A stretch of DNA of 64,000 nucleotides from assembly GCA_963825055.1 (NCBI GenBank), contig CAWGSK010000013.1, forward strand, positions 128,001 to 192,000, given 5' to 3'. The notes beneath the pieces were generated by a model. The model ran no database searches. It was given only the letters and a program-made list of their open reading frames with translations, and was not told the origin of the DNA. Both the position numbers and the translations under genes were made by a program. Origin of the DNA: an uncultured Gemmatimonadales bacterium. GTDB lineage: Bacteria; Gemmatimonadota; Gemmatimonadetes; Gemmatimonadales; GWC2-71-9. Positions 11,365 through 21,899 of the stretch are shown here, one piece after another (the first letter of the stretch is position 1; each line of letters starts with the position of its first letter).

Positions 11365-11416
11365 GCGGACACGAGCGGGACATGACGGACTCCGGGATGA
11401 GAGTAAGCCCCAGTCA

Positions 11417-11433
11417 TTGCATGCAGCGGGCCG
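11417..11433 (-). promoter_or_regulatory. Putative sigma54 promoter of RHS gene 2
   Basis: CGGCCCGCTGCATGCAA: GG-N10-GC; weaker match than the RHS1 site. Confidence 0.5.
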
Positions 11434-11448
11434 TGGCCACTAAACCCG

Positions 11449-12562
11449 TCAACACGTTGAGAGTACGACAGTTAAGCAACCAGCCCCTCGCTCCAGTCTC
11501 AGTTCAGTCCCTCCAGATCTGTGAGATTGTCTCACGCCACAGTGAGACGGGGCCTTTGCGGGGTTCCGCTCAAGCGACACTCCACAGATCTTCAGGCGCC
11601 GGTAGAGGGTGGCCCGGCTGATCCCCAGCCGGTGGGCGGCCGCAACCCCGTCGCCTTCCGCTGCGGAAATAGCGTCCTGCAGCCGGCGGCGTTCCTCCCG
11701 CAGATGTCGAAGCGTCGAATCGATCGCTCCAGGTCCGGACGCCTGGTAGCCAAGCTGGATGGCCTCAGCCATGGCCCACCGCGAGATGATCGGATTCCGT
11801 TCGATGATCAAGGCCCTTTCAGTGGCCCAGCGCAGCTCGCGAACATTGCCGGGCCAGTCGTAGTCCTGGAGTAATGGTTCGACATCGGCGTTGACCTCTC
11901 TTCCCTTGACGAGAGGCAAACCATCGAGCCAGCGACATCAGATCGACTTTCTTCTCTCGCAGTGGCGGCAATGTGATCGTCACGCCGGCCACGCGCTCAA
12001 GCAAGTCCCTCCGGACCAGGTCCAGCGTGCTGTCGGGCAACGCGGCCGATACGAACCTCACCTCGATCCCCCTGGGAGCAACCTCCCCCACTCGCCGTAC
12101 CTGACCGGTTTCGAGCGCGCGAAGCAGCTTCGCCTGGCCCTCCGGAGAGAGTCCACCCAACTCATCCAGAAACAGGGTCCCACCGTGGCAGCCCTCCATC
12201 AGTCCAACCTTGTCGGCGCCGGCGCCGGTGAATGCGCCTCGACGGAATCCGAACATCTCCGCTTCGAAGAGGGATGCTGGAATTGCCGCGCAATTGACTG
12301 GCACAAGCGGCCCTCGGCGATCACTGAGTGTGTGCAATGCTGCGGCAAACAATTCCTTTCCTGTGCCGGTCTCACCAACAACCAGGACACTGAGCAAAGA
12401 CGAAGCGAAACGAGCCGCCACCTGCTTCGCTGCCGCAATTCTCTCCGAATCTCCCACGATGGCATCCAGTGACGAACAACTCGAATTCATCCGGGCATAC
12501 CTCGTCTGTGGTGAGGAACGTGGCGGTGGCGCACAACGCGGCTCTACTGCGCCGTCGGTCAA
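11449..12562 (-). CDS. Sigma54-dependent activator (AAA+ and Fis HTH, no sensor domain), frameshift near 11915
   Basis: GETGTGKEL Walker A, GAFTGA, LFLDE Walker B; then WPGNVREL and LGISRATLYRRL in the second frame; start may be ATG 12490. Confidence 0.9.
11521..11548. promoter_or_regulatory. Palindromic activator-like site shared with the RHS1 upstream region
   Basis: GTGAGATTGTCTCACGCCACAGTGAGAC, 26/28 identical to the reverse complement of 4789-4816. Confidence 0.65.
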
Positions 12563-14019
12563 GCAGAATCCGGTCGGACGGCTTCAGGAAAGGACGCTCC
12601 AATGCGCGGCGCGGTCACCGCGTCTGCATCTTCATCGGTCCTGAGTATCCTCGGCGTGATAAAGAGGTACAGCTCGGTCTCGCTGCTCCGCCGGCTGGCG
12701 CTCCCGAACAACCCTCCGATGATCGGGATGCCGGACAGGATCGGAATGCCGGACTGGTTCCGGTCACGCTGCTCATCCCTGAGCCCGCCGATCACGATGG
12801 TCTGGCTGTCCCGGACCAGAAGCTGTGTCGTGGCCTCGCGGGTGGAGATGATCGGCGCGTCGAACTGGGTCTCGGAGGTCGCGGCGTTGATTTCCTGCTG
12901 GAGGGCCAGCGAGACGTAGCCGTCCTGGTTGATGGTGGGCCGGACGGTCAGCTTGGTCCCGACGTCCTTGTACTGGACGACCTGGTCCCGGGAGGGCGTG
13001 TCGGTTGGAAGGGACCGACTCACCTGCACGAACGGCCGCTGGGATCCGACCAGCAGTCGGGCTTCGGTGTTGTTGGAGGCAAGAATCACCGGCCGGCTGA
13101 TGATCTGGACCTCCCCCCGGCTCTGCGCCATCCGGAGCGTCGCGTCAATGTCGGCCTTGCCGATACTCATGAGGCGGATGACCAGGTCGCCCAGACCCCC
13201 CCCCGTGAGCCGGGCATCCACGGTGCCGCCATCCAGTGACTGTTTCGGCAGGAAGAGGTCGGCGCCGAGGGAGAAATTCCGGTCCCGGCGCGCTTCCACA
13301 ATGAGAATCTCGATCAGGACCTGGAGCGGCCGGACATCGAGATGATTCACCGCCTCGTCAATGACCTGGTAGTCCTCCTCGCCGGCACGGATGAGGAGTG
13401 AGTTCGTGAGTTCATCGGGCACGACGGTGACCGCTCCGCGCAGCATCGAAACCTCGCTCCCCACGACGGCCTGAGGGGTACTCCCGCCTTGCGGGGCCAC
13501 CTGGTTCCGCCGCAGTTCGTCGGCCAGGGTTCCGTTGGAGAGCCCACCCGAGCCCGCGAACGCCCCGCTGCCGCCGAAGAGCAGGTTGACGGTGGCGGCC
13601 ACGTCCGCCGCCCGGGCATGCTTGAGACGGATGACGAAGAGCCTGGGCGGCCCCGCAGCCGATGCTCCGGCGGCTGCCGTTGCCGGCACGGCGATGGGTG
13701 CGATCCGGTAGAACGCCGAGTCGTCTTCAAAGGAGAGCCCGTTCGCTTCCACCACACCGCGCAGCAATACCGCCACCTCTTCCCGGCTCACGGGACCGGG
13801 CGGCTCCAGGGTCACCCGGACCTGGGGGAGATTTGCGGTCACCACGGTCTTCGGCAGATAGGGCGACAGCGCGCTGATGGCCGCCCGCAACTCGGTATCC
13901 ACCAGCCGGATGACCACGCTGTCTCCGGCCGGAACCACGGCCGGTCCCTGCTGGCCCTGGACCTGGCTGGCCAGAACCGCCAGCGTGATCACGATGAGAA
14001 CAGCGTTCCGGAATCTCAT
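12559..14019 (-). CDS. gspD: Type II secretion secretin (short GspD-like)
   Basis: Signal peptide, IRLKHARAADVA, PDELTNSLLIR, QVLIEILIVE, IVIGGL, SGIPILSGIPIIGGLF, TELYLFITPRIL. Confidence 0.9.
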   Translation of the reverse strand: MRFRNAVLIVITLAVLASQVQGQQGPAVVPAGDSVVIRLVDTELRAAISALSPYLPKTVVTANLPQVRVTLEPPGPVSREEVAVLLRGVVEANGLSFEDDSAFYRIAPIAVPATAAAGASAAGPPRLFVIRLKHARAADVAATVNLLFGGSGAFAGSGGLSNGTLADELRRNQVAPQGGSTPQAVVGSEVSMLRGAVTVVPDELTNSLLIRAGEEDYQVIDEAVNHLDVRPLQVLIEILIVEARRDRNFSLGADLFLPKQSLDGGTVDARLTGGGLGDLVIRLMSIGKADIDATLRMAQSRGEVQIISRPVILASNNTEARLLVGSQRPFVQVSRSLPTDTPSRDQVVQYKDVGTKLTVRPTINQDGYVSLALQQEINAATSETQFDAPIISTREATTQLLVRDSQTIVIGGLRDEQRDRNQSGIPILSGIPIIGGLFGSASRRSSETELYLFITPRILRTDEDADAVTAPRIGASFPEAVRPDSA

Positions 14020-14495
14020 GGCCATGGCGTCCTCACGGGCAGTGACCACGTCGTGTCCGGGCCCTGCAGGGTTACCGAAGAGGGGGTGATTCGTGCGATC
14101 CTGATGCCACCCAGGGTATCGCCGGAATGTGCCAGGACGGCGCCCGCGCTCCCCGGCACGCCTTCAATGACGGCACTCGGCCGGTGCCCCCAGACGATCC
14201 CCGTGACCAAGAGCACCGGAAGTTCCTTCGGAGCGGTCGCGGGCTCGTCCGTCTGCTGAACAACCGAAAACGCCCTGGGAGCCGGCGCACGGTTCTGCCG
14301 GAACAGATCGTGCGCGACGACGTACGCCGCCAGAGAATCCAGTGGGGCAGATTCGACAGCGACGACCGGGTATTCGGGCTCAGAGACCGCCGGGAGGTCG
14401 GCATGGACAGGTCGGAGCAGGAAGACCCCGACCGGCAGTGCCGCGAGGCCAAGCAGCCCGAGAACTCGACGGCCGATCGTGCGAACGGATGCCAT
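14016..14495 (-). CDS. GspC/PilP-like T2SS accessory protein
   Basis: Single TM, DLFRQNR, LLVTGIVWG..AVIE..GDTLGGIRIARITPSSVTL; stop overlaps the gspD start. Confidence 0.6.
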   Translation of the reverse strand: MASVRTIGRRVLGLLGLAALPVGVFLLRPVHADLPAVSEPEYPVVAVESAPLDSLAAYVVAHDLFRQNRAPAPRAFSVVQQTDEPATAPKELPVLLVTGIVWGHRPSAVIEGVPGSAGAVLAHSGDTLGGIRIARITPSSVTLQGPDTTWSLPVRTPWP

Positions 14496-14496
14496 C

Positions 14497-15105
14497 TCAG
14501 ATCCCGTCCGCAGGGCTCGACCGGGCGGCTCCCGGAATCTGCCGCTCCAGGTACCAGCCGAGGACAATGAAATCCGCATTCAGAAGCTCTGACCCCTCGT
14601 CCGCCTGGGCGGCGGCGACGTGCAGGCTATCCAGACGGAGTACGGGGCCCGCGGCCAGGTGCTGAAGCGTGGACACAATGCCGCCGAGATCTCCTTCGAG
14701 CGTCACCCTGACGCCGGCTCGGCGGAGCCACCCCGCACGCGCGGAATCCTGAACAGGCTTGATGGCAGAGATCCGGACACTGCCGGTTCCGGCACTCAGG
14801 GTCACCCTGCTTGTCAGGTCATCGGCCGCATCTGTGCTCGTCGTACCGGAGAGCAGGTCCGGCGCAAGCCCCACGACCGCGTCCTGAAGTTTTGTACCAC
14901 CACGCACCAGCCGCTGGCCATACTCCACCTCTCCCCGGTCCCGGGAGAGTTCGAACGCCAGCTCGTGCAGTCGGGCTTCCGCCGTCGAAACGACGTTCAA
15001 CAGCGTCGGGAGGCCCCTGAGGGCCACCCAGGCGGCGAGCACCACGGCCGCGCCCGCCAGTACCGCGCGACGGTTGCGCCCCGGTGGCAGGTGCAGGCCG
15101 CTCAT
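14497..15105 (-). CDS. gspM: GspM/PilO-like T2SS protein
   Basis: N-terminal TM, coiled coil, VRVTLEGDLGGIVSTLQHL; operon position. Confidence 0.65.
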   Translation of the reverse strand: MSGLHLPPGRNRRAVLAGAAVVLAAWVALRGLPTLLNVVSTAEARLHELAFELSRDRGEVEYGQRLVRGGTKLQDAVVGLAPDLLSGTTSTDAADDLTSRVTLSAGTGSVRISAIKPVQDSARAGWLRRAGVRVTLEGDLGGIVSTLQHLAAGPVLRLDSLHVAAAQADEGSELLNADFIVLGWYLERQIPGAARSSPADGI

Positions 15106-16079
15106 CGAACAACCTTGAACGAGAGTTCGAAAGGCACCGGCCCCGGCACCGCGCCGTCCTGCGGGAGAAGCTTCATGACGATATCCGAGAACAGCGAATC
15201 ACTTCGCATCGCCGCCTGGACCGCCCCGGGCCGGATCGTCTCACCGCGAATGGTCACGGACTGCCCGGCGAGATCGAGGCTCGTCGCCCAGGTAGACCCG
15301 GGGAGTGCCTGAGTGACCGCTGCGAGCGTCTGAACGACCATCGCACGATCACGCCTGTCCTTCCCGACGGCAACAACCATCGCCCGGGCCATTCCCGCTT
15401 CCCGTCGAGCAGCGAGAATGGCCTCAACCGGCGCCCGCAGCGCCTCCCGTTCCGTAATCAGGGACCGTCTGATGATGGCTACGCGTCCGGCGTAGAGACC
15501 TCCCAGGACAAGCCATGGGACCACTGCTGCCATGACCAGCCTTCGGTGGGACATGGCGCTCCGGGCCGTCTCGCGATTCAGGGCAAACGAAAGGCCGCGA
15601 TATTGGGGCGGGCTCTCCGGCCGAAGGACTGCCAGTACGCAACCGGCACGGCGGACGGACTCGACCAGGCACTCGGCCAGCGGGGCTTCTACGGCGGCCG
15701 ACAGGACGGTCTGCTCGCTACCGGTAGACTTCACGCGGGCACAGCTCGTGAGGAGCGGAGTTCCGTTCTGCCGAAAAAAGCGGGAGGCCTGCAGCTGAAC
15801 CATTCGCTGGAGCCGGGCCGGGCTTACCGGAGGCACGTCGCTCAGCACGCGGATCTGAATGAAGGCCCGATCCAGTCGGATTTCGACCTGACGAGGCCGC
15901 TTCGGACAAGCCGGAGATGCCAGAAGAGCCTCCAGCGCACCCGGCAGGTTCTCACGTGCTCCGAAATCAACCTCGGCCTCCCAGGAATGGCCGGTTTTCC
16001 GGCGGTGAAGCCATGGGCTCCCCGGGAGAGTTGCCCGTACCCGGCCCTCGAATACTTGCACCTGGATCCGGCGGGTCAT
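15102..16079 (-). CDS. GspL/PilN-like T2SS protein
   Basis: Cytoplasmic domain, TM, LAAVTQALPGSTWATSLDLAGQSVTIRG; ATGA overlaps on both sides. Confidence 0.65.
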   Translation of the reverse strand: MTRRIQVQVFEGRVRATLPGSPWLHRRKTGHSWEAEVDFGARENLPGALEALLASPACPKRPRQVEIRLDRAFIQIRVLSDVPPVSPARLQRMVQLQASRFFRQNGTPLLTSCARVKSTGSEQTVLSAAVEAPLAECLVESVRRAGCVLAVLRPESPPQYRGLSFALNRETARSAMSHRRLVMAAVVPWLVLGGLYAGRVAIIRRSLITEREALRAPVEAILAARREAGMARAMVVAVGKDRRDRAMVVQTLAAVTQALPGSTWATSLDLAGQSVTIRGETIRPGAVQAAMRSDSLFSDIVMKLLPQDGAVPGPVPFELSFKVVR

Positions 16080-16927
16080 GGGCACTGTCTCCGCACCACC
16101 GCCAGCCGCTCATGGAGAGGGACAAGGGTGATCAGGCACTGCGAGCGAATGGCGTAGCCCGACACACCCCCCGTCACCTCCGCCTGGATGATCCGGGACT
16201 GGAAGATCAGCCTGCGACTGAGTTCCGCATACTGCGTTGCGATGGTCCGCTGGTTCCGGGGAGCCAGTTGGGACATCAGTTCGTCAAGATTCCTGATCGG
16301 ACGGCCTCTCTGCCGGCGGTGCAGGAGAAGGGCCGTGGCGGCAGGCGGGAGGCCTGAGGTCGCCTCCAGGGCCCCCGCAGAAGCGGAATTCACGTTCAGG
16401 ACGGTGGCATCCACCGTGACTTTCGGGAGGATCGTGGCCAGGACGGTGTCGTCGAACCCGCGGACAAGACCCAGTTCGTCGGGAGATGCGAGGGGGCCAT
16501 TGCGGGGGCCGACGCGCCCCCTGGCCCGGTACCAGGCCAATTCTGCGCCCGCCGCTCGAGCCGAGTCATCCGGATCTCTCCAGTCCATCAAGGCCGCAGC
16601 CATCGTATCTGACCCGAACAGTTTTCGGAGGCTGGCGGAATCGGCGGTGTTGATATTGACCCGTCCCTCCGGATCCCATACGGACACATGGCACCATGTC
16701 CCATGCCCCAGCTGGACGGTATCCATCTCCACCATCGTAGAGTCCGTATACCGGGAATTCAGGATGGCAATGCAGGCCTCTCGGGCCCAGCCCGCCCGTT
16801 GGAGAAGGATTCGATTTCGGCCGGCTCCAATATCGGTCCTGGCCATTGCCAGGATTACGGCCGCTGCACTGCCGAGCGCGACGATGAGCCAGAGCACCGC
16901 AAGAAGCGCGAACCCGCGCCGGTTCAT
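16076..16927 (-). CDS. gspK: Minor pseudopilin GspK
   Basis: Prepilin leader MNRRG|FALLAVLWLIVAL, GRVNINTA, ALMDWRDPDD, DELGLVRGF, LNVNSAS. Confidence 0.88.
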   Translation of the reverse strand: MNRRGFALLAVLWLIVALGSAAAVILAMARTDIGAGRNRILLQRAGWAREACIAILNSRYTDSTMVEMDTVQLGHGTWCHVSVWDPEGRVNINTADSASLRKLFGSDTMAAALMDWRDPDDSARAAGAELAWYRARGRVGPRNGPLASPDELGLVRGFDDTVLATILPKVTVDATVLNVNSASAGALEATSGLPPAATALLLHRRQRGRPIRNLDELMSQLAPRNQRTIATQYAELSRRLIFQSRIIQAEVTGGVSGYAIRSQCLITLVPLHERLAVVRRQCP

Positions 16928-16965
16928 CCACGGCCCCCGATCAGCAGAAGCGTCGTGTCCACTTC
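16924..16965 (-). pseudogene. Probable 3' remnant of the gene preceding gspK (GspJ-like)
   Basis: EVDTTLLLIGGRG*, whose TGA overlaps the gspK ATG like the other operon junctions. Confidence 0.4.
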
Positions 16966-16969
16966 CAGG

Positions 16970-17119
16970 GTAACCCTCACAGAACTCGCCAGCTTCTGCC
17001 AAGAGCCGTAGGATGGCACCCTTGATTGGCCCTGGTGACCCGGGACGTTGCACGGATGGACATCCCTCGGTGAGGCACCGGAGGACGAAGGCGCGGGTGG
17101 CAATCGAGAGCTTGTTCAT
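16970..17119 (-). pseudogene. N-terminal fragment of an IS1-like DDE transposase
   Basis: MNKLSIATRAFVLRCLTEG/MSIRATSRVT/GAILRLLAEAGEFCEGY read across frameshifts; HTH pattern recalled from IS1-family transposases; ends before any DDE domain. Confidence 0.6.
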
Positions 17120-17173
17120 ATCGGTTGTATGCAGTACAATTGACACTCGGTCGCCTGTCAACGGGGGCATACA

Positions 17174-17444
17174 ATGGAGTTCAAGGAAGCGACTGACCGG
17201 CTGTTTGACCGGGTGGACCATCGCGACCTCGCCGAGAACTCCTCTGGGGGTCTCGGTGGCCTCGATCCGGCAAGCCCGGCTACGTCCACAGGCCGAGGCC
17301 CACCGCTCCCCACCGCAAGAGTGGGAGATTGCGGTGATCCGGGTTGCAGAGGAGCGGGTTGCCCACTATCGGCAGCTCGTCACCGCGATTCGTGAATCGT
17401 TGGCAACCGGCGGGGACACTGCGGGAGGGAGCGATGGCGACTGA
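17174..17444 (+). CDS. Small HTH-like protein divergent from the transposase (frameshift near 17237)
   Basis: MEFKEATDRLFDRVDHRDLAE/LGVSVASIRQARLRPQAEAHRSPP. Confidence 0.55.
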
Positions 17445-19143
17445 CGTGATGGACTCACCACAGTCGAGCTTGGGGAAGCTCCTGCGGGGGCCATCTGCTC
17501 CAGGTGCCCCCTTACCAGCGCGACTACCGGTGGACAATCGATAAGGTCTCGCAGCTCTTCGATGACCTCGACGCGGCCTTCAACCGAAATGATGATCGGT
17601 ACTTCCTCGGGCTCATGGTCTTCATGCGGACGGAGACGCCGACTGGTCTAGAGGTTCTGGACGGGCAGCAGCGGCTCACGACGGCCTTCTTGTTCCTCGC
17701 CGCTTGCCGCAATTGGCTTGACCAGTCGGATGCCTTCAAAGCCGACGCGGAGAAGATCAACGTCGAGTTCATGGGCGAGCGCCGATTCGGCGAGAAGATC
17801 GTCTCTCCCCGTATCGTCCTCAATTCGGCCAACAATCAGGCGTTCAAGTCGTTTGTCGTTGAACGCCGGCCCCTGAAAGACGTTGAGCGAGAACTCGGGA
17901 AGATGCGAAAGCATGACCGGAGTCGCCGACTCCTTGAAGCCGCCCTCTACTGCCATAAGCGGATTGCAGAAATGGCCGAGAAGCGGGGCCGGGACGAGTG
18001 CGCCGCCCGACTCTCTCAACTCATCAACTTTCTAAACGAGCGCGCCCCTGTTGTCAGGCTAACCGTACCAGATGAGGGAACCGCGTTCACAATCTTCGAG
18101 ACGTTGAACGATCGCGGGATGGATCTCTCCCCGCTTGACCTGGTCAAGAACCACCTGTTCCGCTGCACCAACAAGGGGAGCGTTGCGCAGCGAACCTTCA
18201 AACCCGCTGGGGCCAGATGATGGGCGATCTTTAGCACAGCGCCCCAGATCAGTTCTTGAAAACTTTCTGGACTTCACGGCACGGCCGCGTGCAGACCCAT
18301 GCCCTGTTCAATGCGTTCACAAAGAGCTACAACAACCATGCCCAATGCGTAGACGTGTCGGTTGACCTCTTGTCCGCGTCGGAATATTATGCGGCGATGT
18401 CGCACCCGGACGATTCAACGTGGTCGTCCTATGGGGATGGCGCGGGGAAGTAATTCGATCCCTGGACATTTTTGGGGCCAAACAGACTCACCCAATCGTG
18501 ATGTCTGCACTCGAACGGTTTACTGAGTCCGAGATGGAACGCCTCCTGCGCCTTCTGGAGGTCGTGATCGTCCGCTACCAGTTCGTCGGTGGCGGGCGGA
18601 CTGGTGCGCTCGAAATCGGAATGCGCCAAGGTCGCACAAGGGATATGGGACCGGAAGGTGAAGGATGCGGCCGCCGCGTTCGCGCAACTCAAGGCCGTCT
18701 ACCCCAGCGATGAACAGTTCAAGGACCGACTCAGGGACTTCCGCAAAGCAACATCGACCAAGACGGTCTACATCTTCCACGCGCTGGAACGAGAGGCAGA
18801 GCGGCAGGCGACTGACAAGCCTGTCGCGGGTAGCAAGCTGGACACTGACGTGACAGTCGAACACATCCTGCCACAGAGGCCCGGGGAGGAGTGGCCCCCT
18901 GAACTGGCAGACGACGAAGACGACCTGACCAGCTGGATTGGAAACCTCTGCCTGCTCCGAAAGGGAGCTAACAGGAAGCTTGGGAGGGCAGCTTTTGCGG
19001 AGAAGCGGGCGCTCTATGCGGAGAGTGGTCTCCGACTAACCCGCGAAATCGCCAGTGAATATCAGGTATGGGACAAGGACGCGATTATTCGGCGGCAGAA
19101 TTATCTGGCTGAGCTGGGAGTGCTGGCTTGGCGGTTTCAGTAG
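17434..19143 (+). pseudogene. GmrSD-family (DUF262 + DUF1524 HNH) modification-dependent restriction protein, multiple frameshifts
   Basis: PPYQRDY, LDGQQRLTT, IFETLNDRG, EHILPQ, IGNLCLL..N spread over several frames. Confidence 0.85.
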
Positions 19144-19276
19144 CCCGTGGGGTCTGATGCTCCGGTGGGGTGGTGCCGGACTTGCCGAACAGGCGCTGTG
19201 CGAGGACGAAAGCGGCCCGGTTGGGGTCTGATGAGGGCCGGGGCCGTTTGGTCTCGTCCTTTTCTTCTGGCTTCAT
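19085..19276 (-). CDS. Small hypothetical protein near the IS-like end
   Basis: RBS-like AGGAGG before the ATG; KRPRPSSDPNRAAF; 3' end overlaps the GmrSD gene. Confidence 0.35.
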   Translation of the reverse strand: MKPEEKDETKRPRPSSDPNRAAFVLAQRLFGKSGTTPPEHQTPRATETAKPALPAQPDNSAAE

Positions 19277-20588
19277 TCGCCCTCCTTTGCCCGACTCCAG
19301 GACTCCTCATTCGAACAGAGACGGAACCAAGGTTCACTACCCAGCGCCGCTGGTTAGCAGCCAGGAAATCGATTATCTTTATAAAAGGTCATCAGGGTTC
19401 CTCATGTTGCTGGTGGCCAAGTCGAGGCTGGTCCCCTCGCAACGTAGTGGCTGTTTCCTCGGCCTCCGGTGCTCTCCGCTGGGGGTCGCGTTTGTTTGGG
19501 GGGCCCGCCTATCCTCGGTTCAATCCACCGGGTCGCCGAGGCGCAGCCCAGAACTCCTGCTGCGGGACAGCATGCAGGGGGTCGAGTTGAGCCCGTGCCC
19601 AGAATAATCTCTGGCCGATGTCCCCGGGCAGCGTCTGGTCCCAGCAACGTATTACCTCTCCTCTATGTACCCAGATGGACACATGGACAGACAGCGGAGC
19701 GATACGGTGGCTGAGGCAACCGCCGAGCGCACCGACCCGCTAGCTGTCCGAACTGTGCATGCAACTCGAGATTCATCCCTCCATCTGGCCTCTCTGGTCA
19801 CCACAATACCCTCCAACGACTTACGTTGGACAGATCCGCAGACAGATGGACAGACGCCCAGGCACACTTGGTTCTGAGGTCAGGGAAAGTGCGGCGCCGA
19901 ATGGGGCCACAACGCGCGCGCGTGACAACCCACAGGACCTGACGGGTGAAAACCAATGGCTTCGCAGTTCGCGGGGCCCGGAGCTCGCCGACTGCATGAC
20001 CCAATCTTGTGTGCGGAGATGGGGAAACCGGGGCCTAAGGGGAGTCGGTCTCACCACCTAGGTGTTCGAGGTGCGCGTGGTGCGCGCCCGGCGAGCCGAG
20101 GAAGACGCAGCAACCGGCTGCAGGTATCCCCCAATGCCCCGCCGGGGGTCCGTTTTCATTTTCAGGACGAACGCCGGGACGAAACGGTCGATGTGCCGTC
20201 GCTCCTTGGCTTTCGCCCTCCCCGGATCGAACCCGGAGATATGTGCTTAGGTTGATCCTTTGCGCAACGGCAGTGTGCGTAGCAACTAGGAGGCTCCGCG
20301 ACGGTCACAGACTGGTCCGCGCGACCGGCCTACCGGCGCCGACAATGCGTCGATAGTACTCGCGCCGAGCCATTCAAGGCCTGCACCGTCGCTGTAGCGT
20401 GCGGTCAATCGCAGGCTTTCACCCCACCAGCCCGGCGCAACCGAGCCTGTCTGCGCCTGCGCCGCGCCGTAGCACCCCGCGAGCTGGCGACATCCCGCTG
20501 CAGGCCGAATTCGTGATGAAGACTATACTCACCGAACACCCCTGCCCCCCTGACCGCACAGGTCGAAGGGTCCAGCTGTCCTACCTAT

Positions 20589-21732
20589 CTAGCGGCGGAT
20601 GGTCTTCAGCGGAATCGCGACCGAACCTGGCGATCGGTCGGCGAGACGGGCGACCGCCGTGCCAAGGTCGCCTTCGCTCGTGATGCTGTACCGAGTGAAG
20701 ATTTTGCGCGTCTTGTGCCCCATGAGCTGCATGGCCCAGTGCTCCGGCACTCCCGCGGCGGTCAGATTTCGTGCAGCTGTATGGCGGAAGGAGTGAAAGG
20801 TTCGATCACGATCGAGCCGCACACCGGCGCGTTTGCACGCTCCGATCCACGCTTCCCGGAAGTCCCCTATTGGCCTCCCGTCGCGATGGAAAACATGCTG
20901 CGGAATCGAACCCACCCTCCGTGCGACATCGTCAGCGTAGGTTCTCTGAGCCAGAATTGCTTTGGCGAGCGGCAGGAGTTCTCCAAAAGGGAAGACTCGT
21001 CCGTCATCTGTCTTGCTAGTCGTACCTGCTGTGGTCGAGGTCGGCGCGATGCGCATCACGCCCCCTTCGAGGTCAACCTGGGACCACTTGAGGTCTAGGA
21101 GCTCGCTCTTACGCCACCCCGTGTAATAGGCAGCGACTACAAGATTCTTGAGCGGAGGAGCGATTTCCGCCACATAAATCTGCAGCTCCTCGTATGTGAA
21201 CCACCCTGTCCGGGCGTTCCGCACCGGGATGTGTGGGAAGCTGGGACAAGAGGGAAGAAGCTCTTGCTTTACGGCGAGGTTGAAGGCCCTCCGGAGGACA
21301 GCAAGCTCGTACCGAACGGTCGGCGGGCTTCGCATCCTTACGCCGCTCGACCGCATAGATTCCCAGGAGCCGGGGCTTGATGTCAATTGCACGCATGCCT
21401 CCGAAGCGCTCGGCAAGGTTGCCAAAGGCAATGCTGACGCGCCCCGCACTGCGACGCCCTGCAAGTCGGTAGCTGGTCAGCAGGATTTCTCTAAGATCGT
21501 CCAGCACGACTCGACCCGCCTCTGCCCCCACAAACCTGCCCACTGCATGCTCCCCGAGGCGCTGCTTAAGCAGCTTCACTGCATCAGACCGGTTCCTGGA
21601 TTTCGAGGACTCCCGGTACCGTGTCCCGTTCACCCAATAGCAAATCCACCAGGTCTGCAGTTTCCGACCAGGGCGCTGTGGATCATTGGGCTGGTAGATA
21701 GATCCCGTGCCGCGGGCTCGGCCCTTCGCCAT
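20589..21732 (-). CDS. Tyrosine recombinase / phage-type integrase (frameshift near 21322)
   Basis: Arm-binding RGTGSIYQ..WWICYWVNGTRYRESS; catalytic TGWRKSEL, HSFRH, LMGH, RY; AGGAGG RBS. Confidence 0.92.
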
Positions 21733-21899
21733 GTCTCGCCTCCTCCTGATAGGGGACGAGGCCTATGGCGGCAAAATCCACGCCGTGGCCATCAGCTCGC
21801 AGCCTGCGCCGGGAACCGCCACAGTTCCGCCACAGTTCCGGGGCGAGGCGGTGGCGGACCGGAAGTAACCAGGCGTGCTAAGTCGTTGGGATAAAAGAA

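Larger units (their letters stand above)
16970..19341 (-). mobile_element. Truncated IS1-like element with passenger genes
   Basis: GGTAGTGAACC end at 19341 (IS1-type GGTnnTG), small ORF, GmrSD gene, divergent HTH gene, transposase fragment; second end missing. Confidence 0.5.
5400..21899. mobile_element. Genomic island at the tRNA-Leu 3' end (left boundary uncertain)
   Basis: Tyrosine integrase next to the tRNA 3' end; RHS, T2SS and defence cargo; looks lower in GC; lacks the host-type tandem repeats; no att duplication found by eye. Confidence 0.65.

Noticed and set aside
16076..17221. 381-aa ORF as an N-terminally extended GspK
   Set aside because: The prepilin leader starts at 16927; the upstream part is a transposase remnant joined in frame by chance
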